Assembly (NCBI RefSeq): GCF_001194135.2
Contig: NC_069000.1
Location: 20,019,648 to 20,073,970, forward strand
Length of the DNA stretch: 54,323 bases
Reading direction: 5' to 3'
Source: Octopus bimaculoides
Taxonomy: Eukaryota
In this document: piece after piece, positions 52,800 through 54,323 of the stretch
Layout: every line of letters begins with the position of its first letter
Numbering within the stretch: the stretch's first letter is position 1
Notes under the pieces: generated by a model
What the model was told of the DNA's origin: nothing
Database searches by the model: none
The model's input: only the letters and a program-made list of their open reading frames with translations
Translations under genes and position numbers: made by a program

Positions 52800-53020
52800 A
52801 AGGAGGTGAGCTGGAAGAATCGTTAGCACACCGGGCGAAATGCTTAGCGGTATATCCTCCGTCTTGACGTTCTAGGTTCAAATTCCGCCGAGGTTGACTT
52901 TACCTTTCGTCGTTTGGGTATCGATGAAATAATTAAAAGTTAGGTACTGCGGTCGATGTAATTGACTATCCCCACTTCCACAACCAAATTTCTGGCCTTG
53001 TGTCTATAGTGGAAAGTATC
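52800..53020 (+). mobile_element. SINE family 2 nested in an antisense family 2 copy, with ~15-bp TSD
   Basis: Flanks ATATTTATCGTCCCT (52785-52799) and ATATTTATCGCTTCT (53021-53035). Confidence 0.75.
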
Positions 53021-53293
53021 ATATTTATCGCTTCTGAAAGGATGAAAGGCAAGGTTCGATCCCAGAATCCAGAATACTGAGAACCAGAATGATTACAGCA
53101 AAGCCACTTAAAAACATTTTGAAATCTTGATGATTACTATGAACGTATGGAAGCACTAATTGAACTTCATGAACGTTACAAGATATTTTTTTATATGTTT
53201 ATCGCACTTCAACATTGTAAAAAATTAATAAAAAAAAAATATCACAATAAAGAACGTGAAATACATACCACGAATCGTTAAATCATCCATTTA

Positions 53294-53404
53294 TTTGGAT
53301 GATGAAAGCGTATATGCTAATAGAGAAACCGGTCCGGAAGTAGCCGGACGCCGAGCTGGCTTAACTGATGAAGGCAACGAAAATCGCCGAAACAGCCGTC
53401 AGTT
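53294..53404 (+). ncRNA. Two tandem hammerhead-like motifs (Penelope-type remnant)
   Basis: ATGATGA-AAGC..GCT..GAAAC-CG-GTC-CGG and CTGATGA-A-GGC..GCC-GAAAC-AGCC-GTC-AGTT. Confidence 0.5.
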
Positions 53405-53639
53405 TTAACAATTGTCGGTCGGCATTTTCGGACATTTATATTCCCTGTTAGTTTACATATTTTCATTCATGTGCGTTAACTACAGCATTGGAGCATTTTA
53501 GCTATTATTTCTAGCAATGTAGGTATTTTTAATACCCTAGTCACATTTAGTGACAATCATAATTCTCCTTTTTGGTGAAACATTGCAACTTGCTGTTTAC
53601 ATTAATTTTATATATATATATATATATATNNNNNNNNNN

Positions 53640-54097
53640 GAAGATCCAGTATTTCCCTTCATCGGAGACAGAAATAGTAAAGGAATCGATTATTATATCC
53701 ATAGGCGGAGAGTTTTAGTATGAAGTGATAGTGAGTGTGAAAGAAAGAGAGAACAGTACTTGGAGTATAGTTTCACTCCAGTAGTAAGTATCCGTGTAAA
53801 GTAATCCGTGTGGGTATAATCCGGAAATAGTTGCTGCAGCAACTATTTCCGGATTATACCGACAAGGATTACTTTACACGGATACTTACTACTGGAATGA
53901 AACTACACTTCAAGTACTGTTCTCTCTTTCTTTCTTTTTTCAGCACATCACACTCACTATCACTTCATACTAAAACTCTCCGCCTATGNNNNNNNNNNAC
54001 ACTCACTATCACTTCATACTAAAACTCTCCGCCTATGGATATAATAATCGATTCCTTTACTATTTCTGTCTCCGATGAAGGGAAGTACTGGATCTTC
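53640..54097. repeat. Zero-spacer palindrome with ~200-bp arms centred at 53836/53837
   Basis: Core TCCGGAAATAGTTGCTG|CAGCAACTATTTCCGGA; the arms differ by scattered substitutions and an indel; likely an inverted Penelope 3' end. Confidence 0.85.
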
Positions 54098-54116
54098 CCG
54101 GAAACAGTTGTAAGAC
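54068..54116 (+). ncRNA. Minimal type I hammerhead motif with U4>C substitution
   Basis: GTCT-CCGATGA-A-GGGAAG-TACTGGAT-CTTCCC-G-GAAAC-AGTT-GTA-AGAC; same helix I and GUA site as the motif at 7788-7835. Confidence 0.7.
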
Positions 54117-54323
54117 TCTATCCATAAAATACTTCTCCAGCCTTACCATTGCTCTCTTTATCTTTTTATTTTTATATATTTACATATACACACGCTAATA
54201 CACGACTTATGATCCCCAATCCTGTTCATACAACGACTGGGGCAAAACTAGTCGGTATACAGCACTTACTCGGTATTACCTGTATCCGTTTGGGTTTGGT
54301 TAAATCCAATACCCTCCTCAACC

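Noticed and set aside
53950-54037. ~39-nt direct repeat on either side of a 10-N gap
   Set aside because: Typical unmerged contig overlap; treated as an assembly artefact.

Overview
AT-rich eukaryotic genomic DNA with no confidently identifiable host protein-coding gene. About 7 kb is N gaps, and nearly all ORFs in the supplied track are microsatellite or N-run artefacts. The repeat landscape (tRNA-derived SINEs, dense TA/CA/TAA microsatellites) resembles octopus; this taxon call is an inference from recalled repeat families. Contents: (i) many 5'-truncated restriction-like-endonuclease (RLE, R4/Dong-like) non-LTR retrotransposon fragments with several different 3' UTRs, stacked head-to-tail inside (TAA)n/(CAA)n/(GAA)n tracts; (ii) four Tx1/L1-clade fragments, three ending in the same (A/G)TAAAAGAAAT terminus directly on the opposite (ATT/ATC)n strand of such tracts; (iii) a ~550-bp non-coding element flanked by (TAA)n on both sides; (iv) three tRNA-SINE families, RTE fragments, four mariner relics and one maT/Bmmar1-like relic; (v) Penelope-type minimal hammerhead ribozyme motifs, one within a ~200-bp-arm zero-spacer palindrome; (vi) two fold-back MITE-like elements, a degenerate 22-bp minisatellite and a few candidate, mostly non-coding, exons. 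The most notable pattern is a two-stranded retroelement community sharing the (TAA)n target. Coordinates were read by eye and element boundaries are approximate.
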